Below the pieces are notes generated by a model. The model did no database searches, was not told where the DNA came from, and saw only the letters and a program-made list of their open reading frames with translations. Position numbers and translations under genes: made by a program. Below are positions 30,128 to 43,720 of a stretch of 64,000 nucleotides of DNA, one piece after another. Source of the stretch: Octopus vulgaris (taxonomy: Eukaryota); the NCBI GenBank assembly GCA_951406725.2, contig OX597817.1, positions 37,386,001-37,450,000 of the forward strand, written 5' to 3'. Every line of letters starts with the position of its first letter. The stretch's first letter is position 1.

Positions 30128-31025
30128 TAAGTCAAACTAAATAGTAATATTCTGAAACCATTTAATACGTATGTTTTAGCTCTTTATAATATATAATTGG
30201 AAATACTTCCACTACGTAAGCTCGTTCTCAGTTGAAATATTTCAAAATATGATCCACTTGAGGGAAAAATTTCAACATATATGGTCAGAAGTGTAACTCG
30301 GCTACGAAATTACGAGGATTAATATGGATATTACAGAGAAGAGCGCTAAGCAGTGAAAAGTAAAAGTGTAATGTTATCAGTCTCAACCTGCTTAAGACAT
30401 GTCCGAACCAGTGAACAAACTACTCACTGCGTTTCGTCACGGAGAATATATCCCGCTTGTTGACAAATGGCGTATGTATACCCAGATAAGCTCGCAGCGC
30501 TGCCAACCCGGACTGTGAGATGCAAACTTTTCGGAGTAGTTATCTCCTCCTCAGTTACAGACACCAGGCGCTACGGGCTGGCTGAAGAGATTGATTCTCT
30601 TATGATTCTCTTATTTTACTTATCACTGCTTAGCGCCCCACCACCACCACCACCGCTGTAATTTACTTACGGTGAGCCGCTGCATAGCGCTGCCAGTCAC
30701 CATATGGCAACTCGAAAAGCATAAGAGACGCACTCTTCAATCAGCTTGTAGTGCCGCCCGCCTGGTGTCTGTGACCGAAGAGGGGATAACTCCTCCGAAA
30801 TCCTTGCAGTTCACAGTCTGCGTAGGTGATGGTGGGAGCTGATTTAGGTGTCTACAAACGGTATATATTTTTAGTGACAACGCAGTGAGTAGCTTGTTCA
30901 CTGGTTCGAACGTGCTTCAAGCATATTCGGGCTGATAATAACATTACTAATATGGATATATTTCGTGGACCGAACGAAAGGTGTGCATTAAAGTATTTCA
31001 AAATATTACTATTCGATTTGCCTTC
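30128..31025. mobile_element. Old palindromic (foldback) DNA-transposon-like element, about 900 bp
   Basis: Nested inverted matches: aatagtaatattctgaaa/tttcaaaatattactatt; cgaaccagtgaacaaactactcactgcgtt/aacgcagtgagtagcttgttcactggttcg; acagacaccaggcg/cgcctggtgtctgt. The centre is near 30680. Confidence 0.78.
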
Positions 31026-31039
31026 GTTTTAACAACATA

Positions 31040-31141
<102 letters not shown>

Positions 31142-31291
31142 ATGTAAGCTAGAAATTTTAAGATCTCTTTCTTTGTAACTCGATTTTAAATTTCAGTCTT
31201 CTAATCTTGATAAGTATGTAGAAATGATTATCTCCCTCACACTCAGTGGCCACCAGGAAACACCAGGTGTTCTTATTACATATATATTGTC

Positions 31292-31330
<39 letters not shown>

Positions 31331-31617
31331 GTGCACGTTCTCCGACACAAACAGATAAAAAGTATATGTACTAGAACGTGCATACACATTGTGTGCATGT
31401 CTTTTTCTCTCTCTCACACAAACACACACGCACACACACACATGTATATGCGTGTGAATGTGTGTAAATGTCATTTATACATATGTGTGCGTGTTGATTT
31501 CAGATTCACAACAAACTTCACCTGTTAATGTTTTTTTGTTTTGTTTTGTTTTCTTATACATAATATCCTTTTGACTACATTCATATATCACGACTAAATC
31601 TAATTTTTCTTTATCAG

Positions 31618-31812
31618 ATATGTGGTTGTGTATTACTGGGCATTGGTATCTACACACGCGCCAATGACACGCCAGCCTGCATCACATCTTTAGGCAGCAA
31701 CTTGTTTTTGCCTGTTGCTTTCATGCTTATAACCCTGGGCAGCATTGTCATCATACTGTCATTCCTCGGATGTTGCGGGGCAATCAAAGAGGTTCGCTGT
31801 ATGCTTGCAACG
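31618..31812 (+). CDS. Tetraspanin exon (end of TM1, small extracellular loop, TM2, intracellular loop)
   Basis: Acceptor tttttctttatcAG, then 195 nt open: ICGCVLLGIGIYTRANDTPACITSLGSNLFLPVAFMLITLGSIVIILSFLGCCGAIKEVRCMLAT. It contains the diagnostic FLGCCGA.KE..CML motif. GTAAGT donor at 31813, phase 0/0. Confidence 0.96.
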
Positions 31813-31887
31813 GTAAGTTCTGTTTCAGTTTAATTATTCAACTTTTTTCCAAAGAGATTTTTTAATCCAGTAGTTACATGTTATTAA

Positions 31888-32100
31888 GGCGGCGAGCTGG
31901 CAGAAACGTTGGCATGCCGGGCGAAATGCTTAGCGGTATTTCGTCTGTCTTTACGTTCTGAGTTTAAATTCCACCGAGGTTGACTTTGCCTTTGATCCTT
32001 TCGAGGTCGCTAAATTAATTACCAATTGCGTACTGGGGTCGATCTAATCGACTGGCCCCTCCTCAACAAATTTCGGACCTTGTGCCTAGAGTAGGAAAGA
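31888..32100 (+). mobile_element. SINE family B variant, 75 bp downstream of exon 2
   Basis: Family B head and core with an alternative tail (cccctcc...aaatttc...ccttgtgcct). Confidence 0.88.
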
Positions 32101-32276
32101 ATATTCACATGCTATTGTTTATAGTTTTACCTACTTCGAGTTCAGCTGTTAAAAATGAAATGTCTCACGTTTTTTAATGAGTCTAAATGCTTATGACGTA
32201 AAGAACACACAATTCTCACTGTTAAGAACAAAACTTCCCAAATGGAAAGAGAATTCCAAAATATTCTTTTGGTCTA

Positions 32277-32617
32277 ACTCTTTTACTTTCTTACTTGTTT
32301 CAGTCATTTGACTGTGGCTATGCTAGAGCACCGCATGTCCCTCCCCCAACATCAAGCCATGCTGGAGCACTGCATGTCCCCCCAACATCAAGCGATGTTG
32401 GGGCGACAAACACAGACGCACAAACATATAGGCACATACATATCTATATATATACATATATACGACGGGCTTCTTTCAGTTTCCGTCAACCAAATCCACT
32501 CACAGGGCCCGAGGATATAGTAGAAGAGACTTGTCCAAGGTGCCACGCAGTGGGACTGAACCCGGAACCATGTGGTTGGTAAGCACGCTACTTACCACAC
32601 AGCCACTCCTACACCTA
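32277..32617 (-). mobile_element. SINE family A copy (internally deleted and duplicated)
   Basis: Reverse-complement match to both head and tail of family A. Confidence 0.85.
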
Positions 32618-34342
32618 CGAACATAACTGTTGAACATCTCGTATGTTTACAGATGTGGTTTTGTGTCCTACATGTAGCCTTCGTTTTTAACTCTCAAAAG
32701 GAATCTCTTTTAAAACTCAGTATTTATATGCTTTAATTGTAGCTTTATCTACTTCGAGTTCCATGATTAAAACGATTTATATATACGCTTTAGCATTTAG
32801 TTATTTATTTATTTATTGCAACTGTGAAGTTTACAGCTGTTTTTGATGTTACTACTCTGTGACGGTGATTTATAAACCCATTCTGAAAATGAAAGTCAGT
32901 GAAATAAAACCTCAACATACTAGAAATATTCAACGACCCTGTCTAATCCAATACCCAAACTGAAATTTAATACTCATAATATAATTCAACACCCAAGCAA
33001 AATTAAACATTTTAGTAAAATTAATCAGGCGTGTAAATTCTTGACCTGAGTGAAAATCAACACCTAGGAAATATTTAACATTTAAGCATTTTATAAGACC
33101 AATTCCTATGGGAATATCCATCTAAAATGAAATCTACTTCTCTATTGCTTAAGTTATCCAGTTCTGTCTTGGTGCATGGCTTTGCGTTTGATTATTTTGT
33201 TCTCAACCATGTGGTCGCGGGTTCCATCCAGATCCACTGAATGTTCTATCATATCTTTAGGGTGATATAAGGCTAGAAGCTTGCCAAGAATCTCCCGCAG
33301 TTCCTTGTAGATATAGTTTGGTGAACTATAACTTTATAACGTAAATAGTATCTAAATATAGCGAGGAAGTTGCGGATACAAATGTTAAGAAGTTAAAAGC
33401 ATTCAATATCCCTGATTAAAGTTTTATGTATTTTTTATTTATAACCTGGTTAATCCATTGTCACTATAAGTTTCAAAATGGTTTGATTTATATCTATGTT
33501 TCTGTGACCCATATTCTATGACTCCAGACTACGGGCCTGAGTGTAGGTAAGAGAATTATCTAACTCGTTGACGTGTTCTCAGTTTTAAACACCAGACTGT
33601 GCTCAGTGCCTTACTGTATTTGATGGAGTACATTGGCCCGAGCCTCATCTGGCTCTTTCATCGGCGGTACATGGAAAGCAGTTGGTGTTACCCCACTGCA
33701 GTCCAACACCAAACTCTTATTCTACGTCAAAACAAATGCAAATGAATTCCTTCATCGACATTGCACAGTAATGATGATTTCTTAAAATTACCCATATCAT
33801 AAGAAGAGTATTACTGCTTGAGGTTTGAATACATGATAGAAAAGAAGTTTATTTTCATATTCTGTTAATCAAAACCACCACAGCTCATACTAATAATAAA
33901 TAAACAAAATAGATAAACGCTGATTAAAAAAAAAATTATTATATTTATTCTTTTGGCTGTTGAATTCTACACAGCTCTAAAGTAATTCGCCTGTGTAGAA
34001 TTTATGTTGTCATATATGTATGTAAAGAATTTTCCTGTGATTGAGGATTTTCTGGTTTTAACTTGATTTGGTTTCGCTGTGTAATTTGGTTTCTTCATAC
34101 AGAACATGCTGTATTAATGCCAAACTTAATGGTAGGCAACAAATTGATAGATCTCTCTTTTTCTCCCAACATATATATATATGCATATGCATATTTATGT
34201 ATATATATATGTGCATATGCATATTTATGTATATATATGCATGTGCATATTTATTTATGTGTGTATTATATATAATATATATGTAGGTATATTTATGCAT
34301 GAATATATTTGTTTATATACATATTTGTTTGTATATATGTGT

Positions 34343-34343
<1 letters not shown>

Positions 34344-34409
<66 letters not shown>
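34344..34409. repeat. (GATA)n microsatellite
   Basis: Directly visible. Confidence 0.97.
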
Positions 34410-35886
34410 CACGCTCTCTCTATTTTATTCGATCATCTAATGATTGATGTAAGTAATCACGCAGTAATACGAAGATTTTCAATATCTTATCAATGAAGAA
34501 GGTCTGTTCACATATCTTTAGGTAGAGGAGAGCCTTTTGAATCACAAACCTGAATGGGATTCTTTGAAGTTATTTTACAAAGTTCAACATCCCAATAACA
34601 TGTATATTACGAGCCGAGCAAACATTTACAGGAACTGGTTGCTTGAAGACTGCATTCTTTATAAATAAGGACAACATTTGTTGCATGTTATTTATGAGTA
34701 AAACATAAACTGGGCGATGAGAGGCAGGGAAATAGATGCAACATGTTGAATAAATGAACGATGTTTGACAAGTGATAGATTTCAATAACTGAGCAGTTCG
34801 CAACTGTCCGTCCCGCGATAAACTACCAACTGGATATTTGAAATACGATGCGTCGCTGGATCAGATATTCAATCCTAAGCTAATTCTAATCCTACAGACA
34901 TAAGTTCAAAGACGTTCCAGATGAGACTATCATGTCTTATATTAGACATATATTAACTAATGTGGACTTTCTGTTATTAAGAGAATACGATCAGTTGAAG
35001 TAAATTTTGTTCCTATTTCTAGCCGTTAGAATTACCGGGTACAGTTTTCTCTGCGGTGTTTTGATGTTACATAGAGTTCTGATTACAGTAAAAGTAATCC
35101 ATTGGAAAATATTAATACACTTATGGTCTGCCCAAGCATAAAACATAACATTCTCATATGTGGTCTGTCCAAACATAAAATATTAAACATTATCACTGCC
35201 GCTACTGGGTGACTTTCGACTACTACAGATATATTTATGATTTTGAATCCAGTACGTCCATAGGAGATATTACCTTTAAACGAATACCACAGTTAATTTG
35301 GCTTTTCACGCTGCATTCGCAATAAGTATGATACATAGATGACTAATATAATACGCTTTTGTATATACAGACGCGACACAGTCATCAACAAACTCAGTCT
35401 GGTTTATTTAACATTATTCTACATAGTTATTGCTTCACCTTCTGTTTCAAAGTCATATCTCACGTACAAATGACATCAGCAATAACATACAAAATCTTAA
35501 TGAACCTGAGAAAGTTCTTGAAATACACTGTTCGTCCAAGTAATAGAAGGACAATTTTAGTATAGATGGATTAACTATTTTCTCTTACTAGTCTTTTTAC
35601 GTTGGGGCAGCGTCTTCAAAATTTTTGACGGTTATAAGGTCCTCTTTACTTAATAACTTATCTTATCGAAGAATTTCTGTCAACTAAATGCTATGTTCTA
35701 AGTATTACGTTTAAAATTTTAGTTAACAGAAATTCTTAGATAAGTTTTGATTTTGTTTTAAGTAATATGGTTAAATTTTATTCGATTATTTATTAAAACA
35801 TGTATTTTCCTATATTTATTTGGTAATTATTATAAGTTAAGATACGTACATTTATTTTATTATTTTCATTATTATCATTATTCTTT

Positions 35887-36008
35887 TAGACCTGATGAGT
35901 GACTATATTTTTAAATAGAATTAATTTTAGTTCGATTTAGTTTTAAATCGAATTGATTTTATTATTATTATCTATTTGAAGATATAGCCACGAAACGCGC
36001 GTAGTCTA
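35887..36008 (+). ncRNA. Type I hammerhead ribozyme motif, canonical core, very long stem II
   Basis: TAGAC-CTGATGA-[GTGACTATATTTTTAAATAGA...TCTATTTGAAGATATAGCCAC]-GAAA-CGCGCG-TA-GTCTA. Stem I is TAGAC/GTCTA, 20 of 21 positions pair at the base of stem II, stem III is the palindrome ACGCGCGT, and the cleavage triplet is GUA (after 36003). Confidence 0.8.
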
Positions 36009-36281
36009 TTTATTGTTTATGTACTTTATTGATTTTTAGAATAATATTTTTTATAGTATATTCAATTTTTTCTATATGGTGTGAATAACGTCTTTCACTA
36101 TTTAATTGCTTAATAGAGGTTTTTCTCGAAATTATATAAATATATATATATATGTATATATGAATATATATATATATATGTATGTGTATATATATATATG
36201 TGTATAAATATGTATGCATATGTATATACATATGTATATATGTGTATATATATGTATATATGTGTGTATATATGTATATAT

Positions 36282-36690
36282 ATATATATATGCATATGTT
36301 TATACATATGTATATATGTATGCATATCTTTATATATATGTATATATGTATGCATATGTTTATATATATGTATATATGTATGCATATGTTTATATATATG
36401 TATATATGTATGCATATGTTTATATATATGTATATATGTATGCATATGTTTATATATATGTATATATGTATGCATATGTTTATATATATGTATATATGTA
36501 TGCATATGTTTATATATATGTATGCATATGTTTATATATATGTATATATGTATGCATATGTTTATATATATGTATATATGTATGCATATGTTTATATATA
36601 TGTATATATGTATGCATATGGTTATATATATGTATATATGTATGCATATGTTTATATATATGTATATATGTATGCATATGTTTATGTATA
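36282..36690. repeat. 30-bp minisatellite (tatatatatgtatatatgtatgcatatgtt)n
   Basis: About 13 near-identical tandem units derived from TA/TG microsatellite. Confidence 0.93.
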
Positions 36691-39600
36691 TGCATATATA
36701 TGTAACTGTCACTTGCTCATATTAACATGTAGTGGAAATGAAACCCAGAACTAGAGATTTGTAAATAAACTTAATCACATAACTATATCTGTACACGTTA
36801 TTTTGAACATAAGAAAGTCTTCCTCATTCAACATCATTTTTCTCCTCTACGTCAATTTACAATTCATTACCTGCGCACTACTACTCCTGGCAAGAAAATC
36901 ATCACTGTCTCGGGAAGGATAGAGTGAGAGTTGCTTCCATCTCTCTCTTTTTGTTTTTTGTATTTTTCACCAATGTTACAGGAACCTGACGCAGCAATTT
37001 ATTGCTGTATTTAATTTATCTTCGAGTCTCTTTCCTACTGATTCTAAATATTTGCCTTTTCGTTCTTCGTGTTTTTGTTTCTTTAACACCTTATTGTTTT
37101 TTTTTAACACCTAGGAATAACGTGATAAATATTTAGATTTAATTTTTTAAGTCTTGGAAATACCGTTACAAATGACGCCCTACAGTGAAAAGCACCTCAT
37201 GCTATCCGCGATGTTATTCAAATTGTGTTGAAAACATCATTAACTTTCTCGAAACGCCATATATAATCTGATCTAATCTATTCTTATTTGGTCACACTTA
37301 ATTATTTCTTTCTATCTTCTTAATCTTCCTTATCCTCCTCTTCTACTACCTCTCAGCCTATTTGATAACTGTCATTTATATTCATTATTTGTGCTCTCGT
37401 TTTTTTTTTCTTGCCTTATTTCTCCTGCTTTGGCATCGAAATTTCCTCTTTCTAAAAAAATTCTATTATTATTATGTATTCATTAAGAAAAGCGGCGAGC
37501 TGGCAGAATTGTTAACGCTCCGGGCAAAATGCTTAGCACTATTTTGTCTGTCTTTACGTTCTGAGTTCAAATGCCAGCTTTGCCTGCTATTCTTCCGGTG
37601 TCGACAAAATAAGTAGTAGTTGAACACGGGGGGTCGATGTAATTGACTTACCACCGAATTTGCTGGCCTGGTACCAAAATTTGAAACCTTTAAGTATTCA
37701 TTAAGAAAAGCGGCGAGTCGGAAGAATCGTTGAATACAGGGGTCGATATAATTGACTAGTCCCCTCCCACCAAATTTGAGGCCTTGTGCCTTTACTAGAA
37801 AGGATTATTATTATTATGAATAATAATATAGGTTGGTAGGATCAGAAAAGCATCAGACAAAATGTGAAATTGAGTTCTGGCTGTTGACGTGCTGTGATAA
37901 AATCCTGCCGAATTTTATCTTTCTGGGGTCGATAAAATAAAGTACTACTGAAATGCTGGGATTTATTAAATTGATTGCCTCCCCTCCAAAAATTTGAGAC
38001 ATTGCACTTATGTTGACACGCAATTATTGTTATTACTAATGAGCGTAGTAACTTTTCCTGCTTTTCCGATTTCAAGTCCCACCAAGGTCGACTTGGATAT
38101 TCATCCCTCCGGGATCAATAAAATAGAATATTCAAGTACTTGAGTCGATTTAATCAGTTGATTCATCAACCATCAAAATCTTAATCTTCACCTCTGTTAG
38201 AAGCAGATATTTTTATCATTAATTTTTGTTTTTATATTACGAATTATATCCCGGTAATTACCTTTGCAAATTTGTTGTTTTTCTCTTCTGTAACTGTTTA
38301 GATTTGGGGATCTACCTAATCTAACCTTCTAATTACTTCTTGACTCTACTTCTCGGCTATTATTATTTAAAATTGATCCAGGAACAGCCCACTTTTTTCT
38401 TGTTTCTTGTTTTTCTTCAGCTTTGAACATACCAAACGAACTTTCCTTGATTTTCTCCTATAATAACACAACAACACTCTATCATTTTCCCGTTGACATC
38501 CTCAGATAATTTCCATGCAATAATGATGCAATGTTTGTATTACAGATGGTTTCTATTTACATTTATCTTCAACTCAACGCTCGCTAGATGAGAGGTTTTA
38601 TTTTTATTGTCAGCTCTAGCCCCATCAACGCTGTTATTTAACGACAGCTTTTGTACATCAAAGAGAAAAGTATTTTATGCTTTAAAAAATCAACCTCATC
38701 TTTATTTCTTATTCTTTTTTTTTCTCTTGACGTATTTTTCCTTTTCTTTTCAATGTATAAATTCTAGAAAGGTTGCCAACCAAGACTAAAGAGCTTCTCC
38801 AATCCATTTGTCAGTTTATTCTGCTGTTTCATTATCTGTTACTGTTTGTTATAGTTTAACGCATGTCTGTGTGCAGAGAGATATTCCCGTTTGACACTGC
38901 CTGCAGGACTACAATATCGATTTGTGTCATTGGCAGAAAGCCATAAATTTTGGACAAGTTGGGATCGTATCGTCTATCATATCAATCCAACTATTTCACT
39001 GCTACGTATTTTATCTACCCGATATAGTCGACTGTACCCAAGGTGACAATCACAAGCAAATATAGCCTGACAGTATGTACCACATTTTAGTTAATTATTT
39101 TAGGTATCTATGTAATCGCGAGTGAACATTGATATCTCTCGTCAACCCACTTATGGATGAGTGGAATGTCTAAGACATGACAGTTGAATAGCGGGTATAT
39201 CTCATATGCCAGTTTACTGGAGGAAAGTTGAATGAAGTATCTTGCACAAGGATAAAAATTATCACCCGGTTTACCGCTTTATGATCATGAGCTGAACAAC
39301 CTAACCATGCCGTCACATGATTTCATTAGTTTAATTTATCAAAGCTATCATTCGACAAATTTACCACCCGGATATTGTAGATTATCTCAACTTAAGTATT
39401 GTAGTACTACTTATATTATCACTGTAAGAGCTTGGTTTGCTATTTACTAAGGGGGATATCAGCCTGGTTCTTATTTTACCTACTCAGGAAGGTAGAAAGG
39501 CAAAGCCGGTTTTACTGGAATTTGAACTCAGAACGTAAAGACATGATGCAATAGAACAAAACATTGCAGTAATGCCGTTTACACATCCAGACAAAACTCT

Positions 39601-39732
39601 TCGTAATTCTTTTCGTTCATGAAAAAACCTTTGTCAATTGATTAAAGCAGAAGGAAGTCTAACAAGACCGAAATATGCCAGTGGTTGCCTCCCTTGTCTA
39701 GAAATAAAAATCTGATTTGTTTTCTTAACATA

Positions 39733-40107
39733 CTCTTTACTCTTTACTCCTTTAATTGTTTCAGTCATTTGACTCGGCCATGCTGGAGCACCGCCTTTAG
39801 TCGAGCAAATCGACCCCAGGACTTATTTTTTGAAAACCTAGTACTTATTCTATCGGTCACTTTTGCCGAACCGCTAAGTTACAGGGACGTAAACAAACAA
39901 CCATCGGTTGTAAGCGACGTTGGGGGAGGGGGCAAACGCAGACACAAGCATATACATACACATACATATATGTATACATATATACGACGAGCTTCTTTCA
40001 GTTTCCGTCTACCAAATCCACTCACAAGGCTTTGGTCAGCCAGAGGCTATAGTAGAAGACACTTGCCCAAGTGGTTAGTAAGCAAGCTACTTACGACACA
40101 GTCACTC
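39733..40107 (-). mobile_element. SINE family A copy
   Basis: Reverse-complement match with a deletion in the head. Confidence 0.85.
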
Positions 40108-40984
40108 ATTGTAAAATTAATTCCTAATTTCTGGAAATTAATTCCTTTCAGCAACTACCACTAGGTTTTTGTTGTCTCTATCCAACTAAGATGTAAATAA
40201 ATTCAGAATTTTTCCGGGCGTATATATGTGTGTGCTTACGTAATTGTCTACTTCATTCCTTCCCGTGAAAAAACTGGAGTTATTTCCCTTAGCTCATGTA
40301 AAGTTATAATTGTATTAGACAGATATTATAATGACCAAGTTTAAAGTAATGTAATTTGCATTCGTATCATCTAGTCAACCGATGCCACACAATCAAAAAA
40401 CATTGCCACAAACACCACCACAACACTAACCATTATAGCTATCATAACTACCACCATAACCACACCAGTCTACGTAACCACCAACATGCCAACAACCACC
40501 ACAATAATCGCAAGTACGGCAGTAACAGCTGCAACCACCTGCACAAAGAACACGACCACAACCATCACAACCGCAGCCACCACAGTCATCATTTAACCAC
40601 TACCGCAAGGACAATAACGCAATCACAATAACCACAACCAACACCACCATCACCACCAGTACCACGACCAACATAACCAATAAAAGAGAGCTGATACAAC
40701 AATACTAAAAATAATAATGCAATTTTGAAATAATATTACTGAATTGTATGTCTTGTTAGAAGGAATGGCGTCATTTTAATATGGAAATGAACAAAAGAAC
40801 TTGCGGCTACAATATAGCAAATCTAATGTATTTTCTTTCCTTCTCAGAGAAATTATTCCCCTAGGTCATTACATTGCTAGACTCGTATATAGATGGCTGC
40901 ATGTCTGTCTCTGTGTTTAGATAAAACAAGTATTTCTACGTATTTTTATTCTATATATGTTTGTGTATATACCTACACACACAA

Positions 40985-41035
<51 letters not shown>

Positions 41036-41128
41036 CATATATATGTATGCATATATATGTATGTATATATATATATGTGTATACATAGATATATATGTAT
41101 ATACATACATTTATATATATATATTTAT

Positions 41129-41159
<31 letters not shown>

Positions 41160-41360
41160 CACACATATAGACATATATATGTATGCAGATATATGTGTAT
41201 ATATATGCATATACATGTATGCATATATATATATGGATATATATATACATATATATGTACATATTTACATACAAATACACATACATATATACTTATATAT
41301 ATGCATACACATATGCATACATATACATATATATATATATACACACATATATATATATAC

Positions 41361-41392
<32 letters not shown>

Positions 41393-41436
41393 GTATACAT
41401 ATATATATATACATACATACATATATATATATATAT

Positions 41437-42870
41437 CACAGCTGCATCCTTGTTACACGAGAAAAGCCATTGGCAAGAAGACTTACTGAAATGATTCATG
41501 AGTGTTTCCATGTGATGCCCTTATATGACTTTTAAGACCAGCCAAGCTTTTACACATTTTATTACATACTAGACAACTGTGCTGGCTGGCAGATGAAACA
41601 GGTGCCACTACATGCACTCTCTTAACATGACTTTTTAGACCTCAAACTGAGATGCACACCCTTCCATATTTTACACTTGTTCTGTGTGAATTTTAATAGC
41701 GACTTCATTGTTTATCATCGGTCGATTTCTGTGAGAATTTTGATGGCTCACCAGTCCTGCACGACTCAAACACCTCCACCCACAAACCACACACATAAAA
41801 AGCAACACTGTCTGACTTTCCACAGGTTCCCCACTTCTAAGTCTCCTCCTAATTCTCTCATACTTCACTCTCTCCCTCTCGAACCTTGAACAACCATCAT
41901 GCACTATCTTCCTCCATCCATGGCGGTCTTGTGCTTCCCTCCCCCAATTATCAGCAGCAATTCCTGTCTGTATGAGAGCATTTTTAAGGCAATCTTTAAA
42001 TCTTAGTTTCGGCTTACGCACTGGTCTCCTGCCATCTTCCAACTCACCATACAATAGCTGCTTGGGCAGTCGCTCATCCCTCATCCTTACCAAATGCCCC
42101 ACCCCCCCTCAAACGTCTTTGTAAAATCATTGACTCTATACTTCTACTGCCACACCTCTCAAGCACCACAACATTACTAATAGACATTTTCCAGTTTATC
42201 CCCAAATCTTTCTCAGACAGTATTGATGAAAATCGTTCCAATTGCCTTACCTGCCTACGGTAAACAACCCATGCCTCACTACCATATAGCAAAGATGGGA
42301 GGACACATGTGTTATATACCTTAACTTTAATTTGTGAAAATATTTTATGTTGCTTCCACAGACGTCTATCAAGCCTACCAAAAGCACTACTAGCTTTGCT
42401 GATTTTGTATGAAATTTCATCAAGACCAGCAGTGCTTAAGGTAATTCCTAGATAAATAAATCTAGGTACGGTCTCTAACCTTCGATCATTCACAGTTATA
42501 AAAGGTTCCACATATATCTTGGAGGAAGTGCGTTGGTACATTATAACAGTTTTTTTTAGATTGATTGTTAGACCTAATGCTGCACATGCTGCAGAAATCG
42601 CATTTACCATGTGCTGCATATCTTTCTGAGAATACGCCAACAGGTCACAATCAACTGCATACAGAAACTCAACAAGGTGAGAATGCAAAAATTTCGTTTT
42701 GGCACAGAGTCTTTTTAGAGGGAATAGTTTTCCTGTTGTCCTATATCTTATATAGACCCCCTTAAGATCAATCTTTAAAAGCTATTTGAAAGATTATTGA
42801 GAAATATATAGCAAACAGTGTAGGAGCAGGAATATCACCTTGTTTTACACCATTTTCTACAGAAATTGGA
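41437..42870 (-). mobile_element. 5'-truncated RTE-clade LINE (frameshifted RT pseudogene)
   Basis: GVKQGDIPAPTLF, EFLYAVDC (decayed YADD), GLTINLKKT, KVYNTCVLPSLLYGSEAW, RLPKQLLYGEL..G.R...KPKLRFKD, and a C-terminal C2H2 finger CVVCGWRCLSRAGLVSHQNSH. Confidence 0.92.
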
Positions 42871-43052
42871 TACATATATATTTATATACATACATATATA
42901 TACATATATGCATACATACATACACATATACATAAATATATATCACGTGATCACGTGAGCGATCAGGCTATCAGATGTTGCTACACATCGCTGGTCACAA
43001 TGCGCTTCGCATTGTTTTAGCCTTCAAATGACACCACCCCGCATGGCTAAGC

Positions 43053-43720
43053 AAAATTTGTCATGGCGATACCTGCTCAGAGGTCTACGTAAAGTGGCAG
43101 AAAATGTATGGAGAGGAGTGTATAAGCCGCACACAAATCTACGAGTGGTTCAAACGCTTCCTATGATGGACGAAAAATGTCAGTAGTGACAACATCTGGC
43201 AGACCCGCAACCAGCAGAACTGATGAAAACATTGCAGATGTGCGTCCAGTTGTGAAGGGAAATCGTCAAATCACCATCCGTGAGTTATCAGAGGATGTGC
43301 AGATTAGTAACGGGTTAGTTCAGTCCATTGTCATTGAAGTTTTGCGTATGAGATGCGTGTCAAAATTGCTTTCAGCTAACCAAAAATACACTCAGGTTTC
43401 AGTTGCACAAGATCTTCTTGATTGGGTTGAGAACGATGAAAATTTTTTGAAAACTTTGCGTAGCCTCTGAGCAGGTATCGCCAAGCTTTTGGCAAAATTT
43501 GATGCAGATTCTCTTCTCAGCTTTCTCTGTCATGGCCAGTGCAACGATCACCACTACTGTAAACAGCGTAAATGAGCTAGAACGTTAAAACTTTGTGCGC
43601 ATGCACAGCAGAGTCGAAGGTCAATCTGTGCCAAGCGGCTTCACTCTGCATACTTTAGCTTCGTTTCTATATATACATGGTCTGATCAACAGTCCGGGTA
43701 CTTACTGATCAGACCACGTA
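43053..43720 (+). mobile_element. Non-autonomous mariner (Tc1/mariner) remnant with transposase HTH fragment
   Basis: YGEECISRTQIYEWFKRF, SGRPATSRTDENI..V...V..NRQITIRELSEDVQIS (mariner N-terminal HTH domains). The terminus is tgatcagaccacgta, and there is an internal inverted duplication at 43063-43095/43452-43484. Confidence 0.85.

Noticed and set aside
36282-36690. CRISPR-like regular 30-bp periodicity
   Set aside because: Head-to-tail repeats without unique spacers, a eukaryotic context and no cas genes.
40356-40631. His/Asn-rich 91-aa ORF
   Set aside because: A degenerate CAC/AAC trinucleotide tract, like the others in the window.
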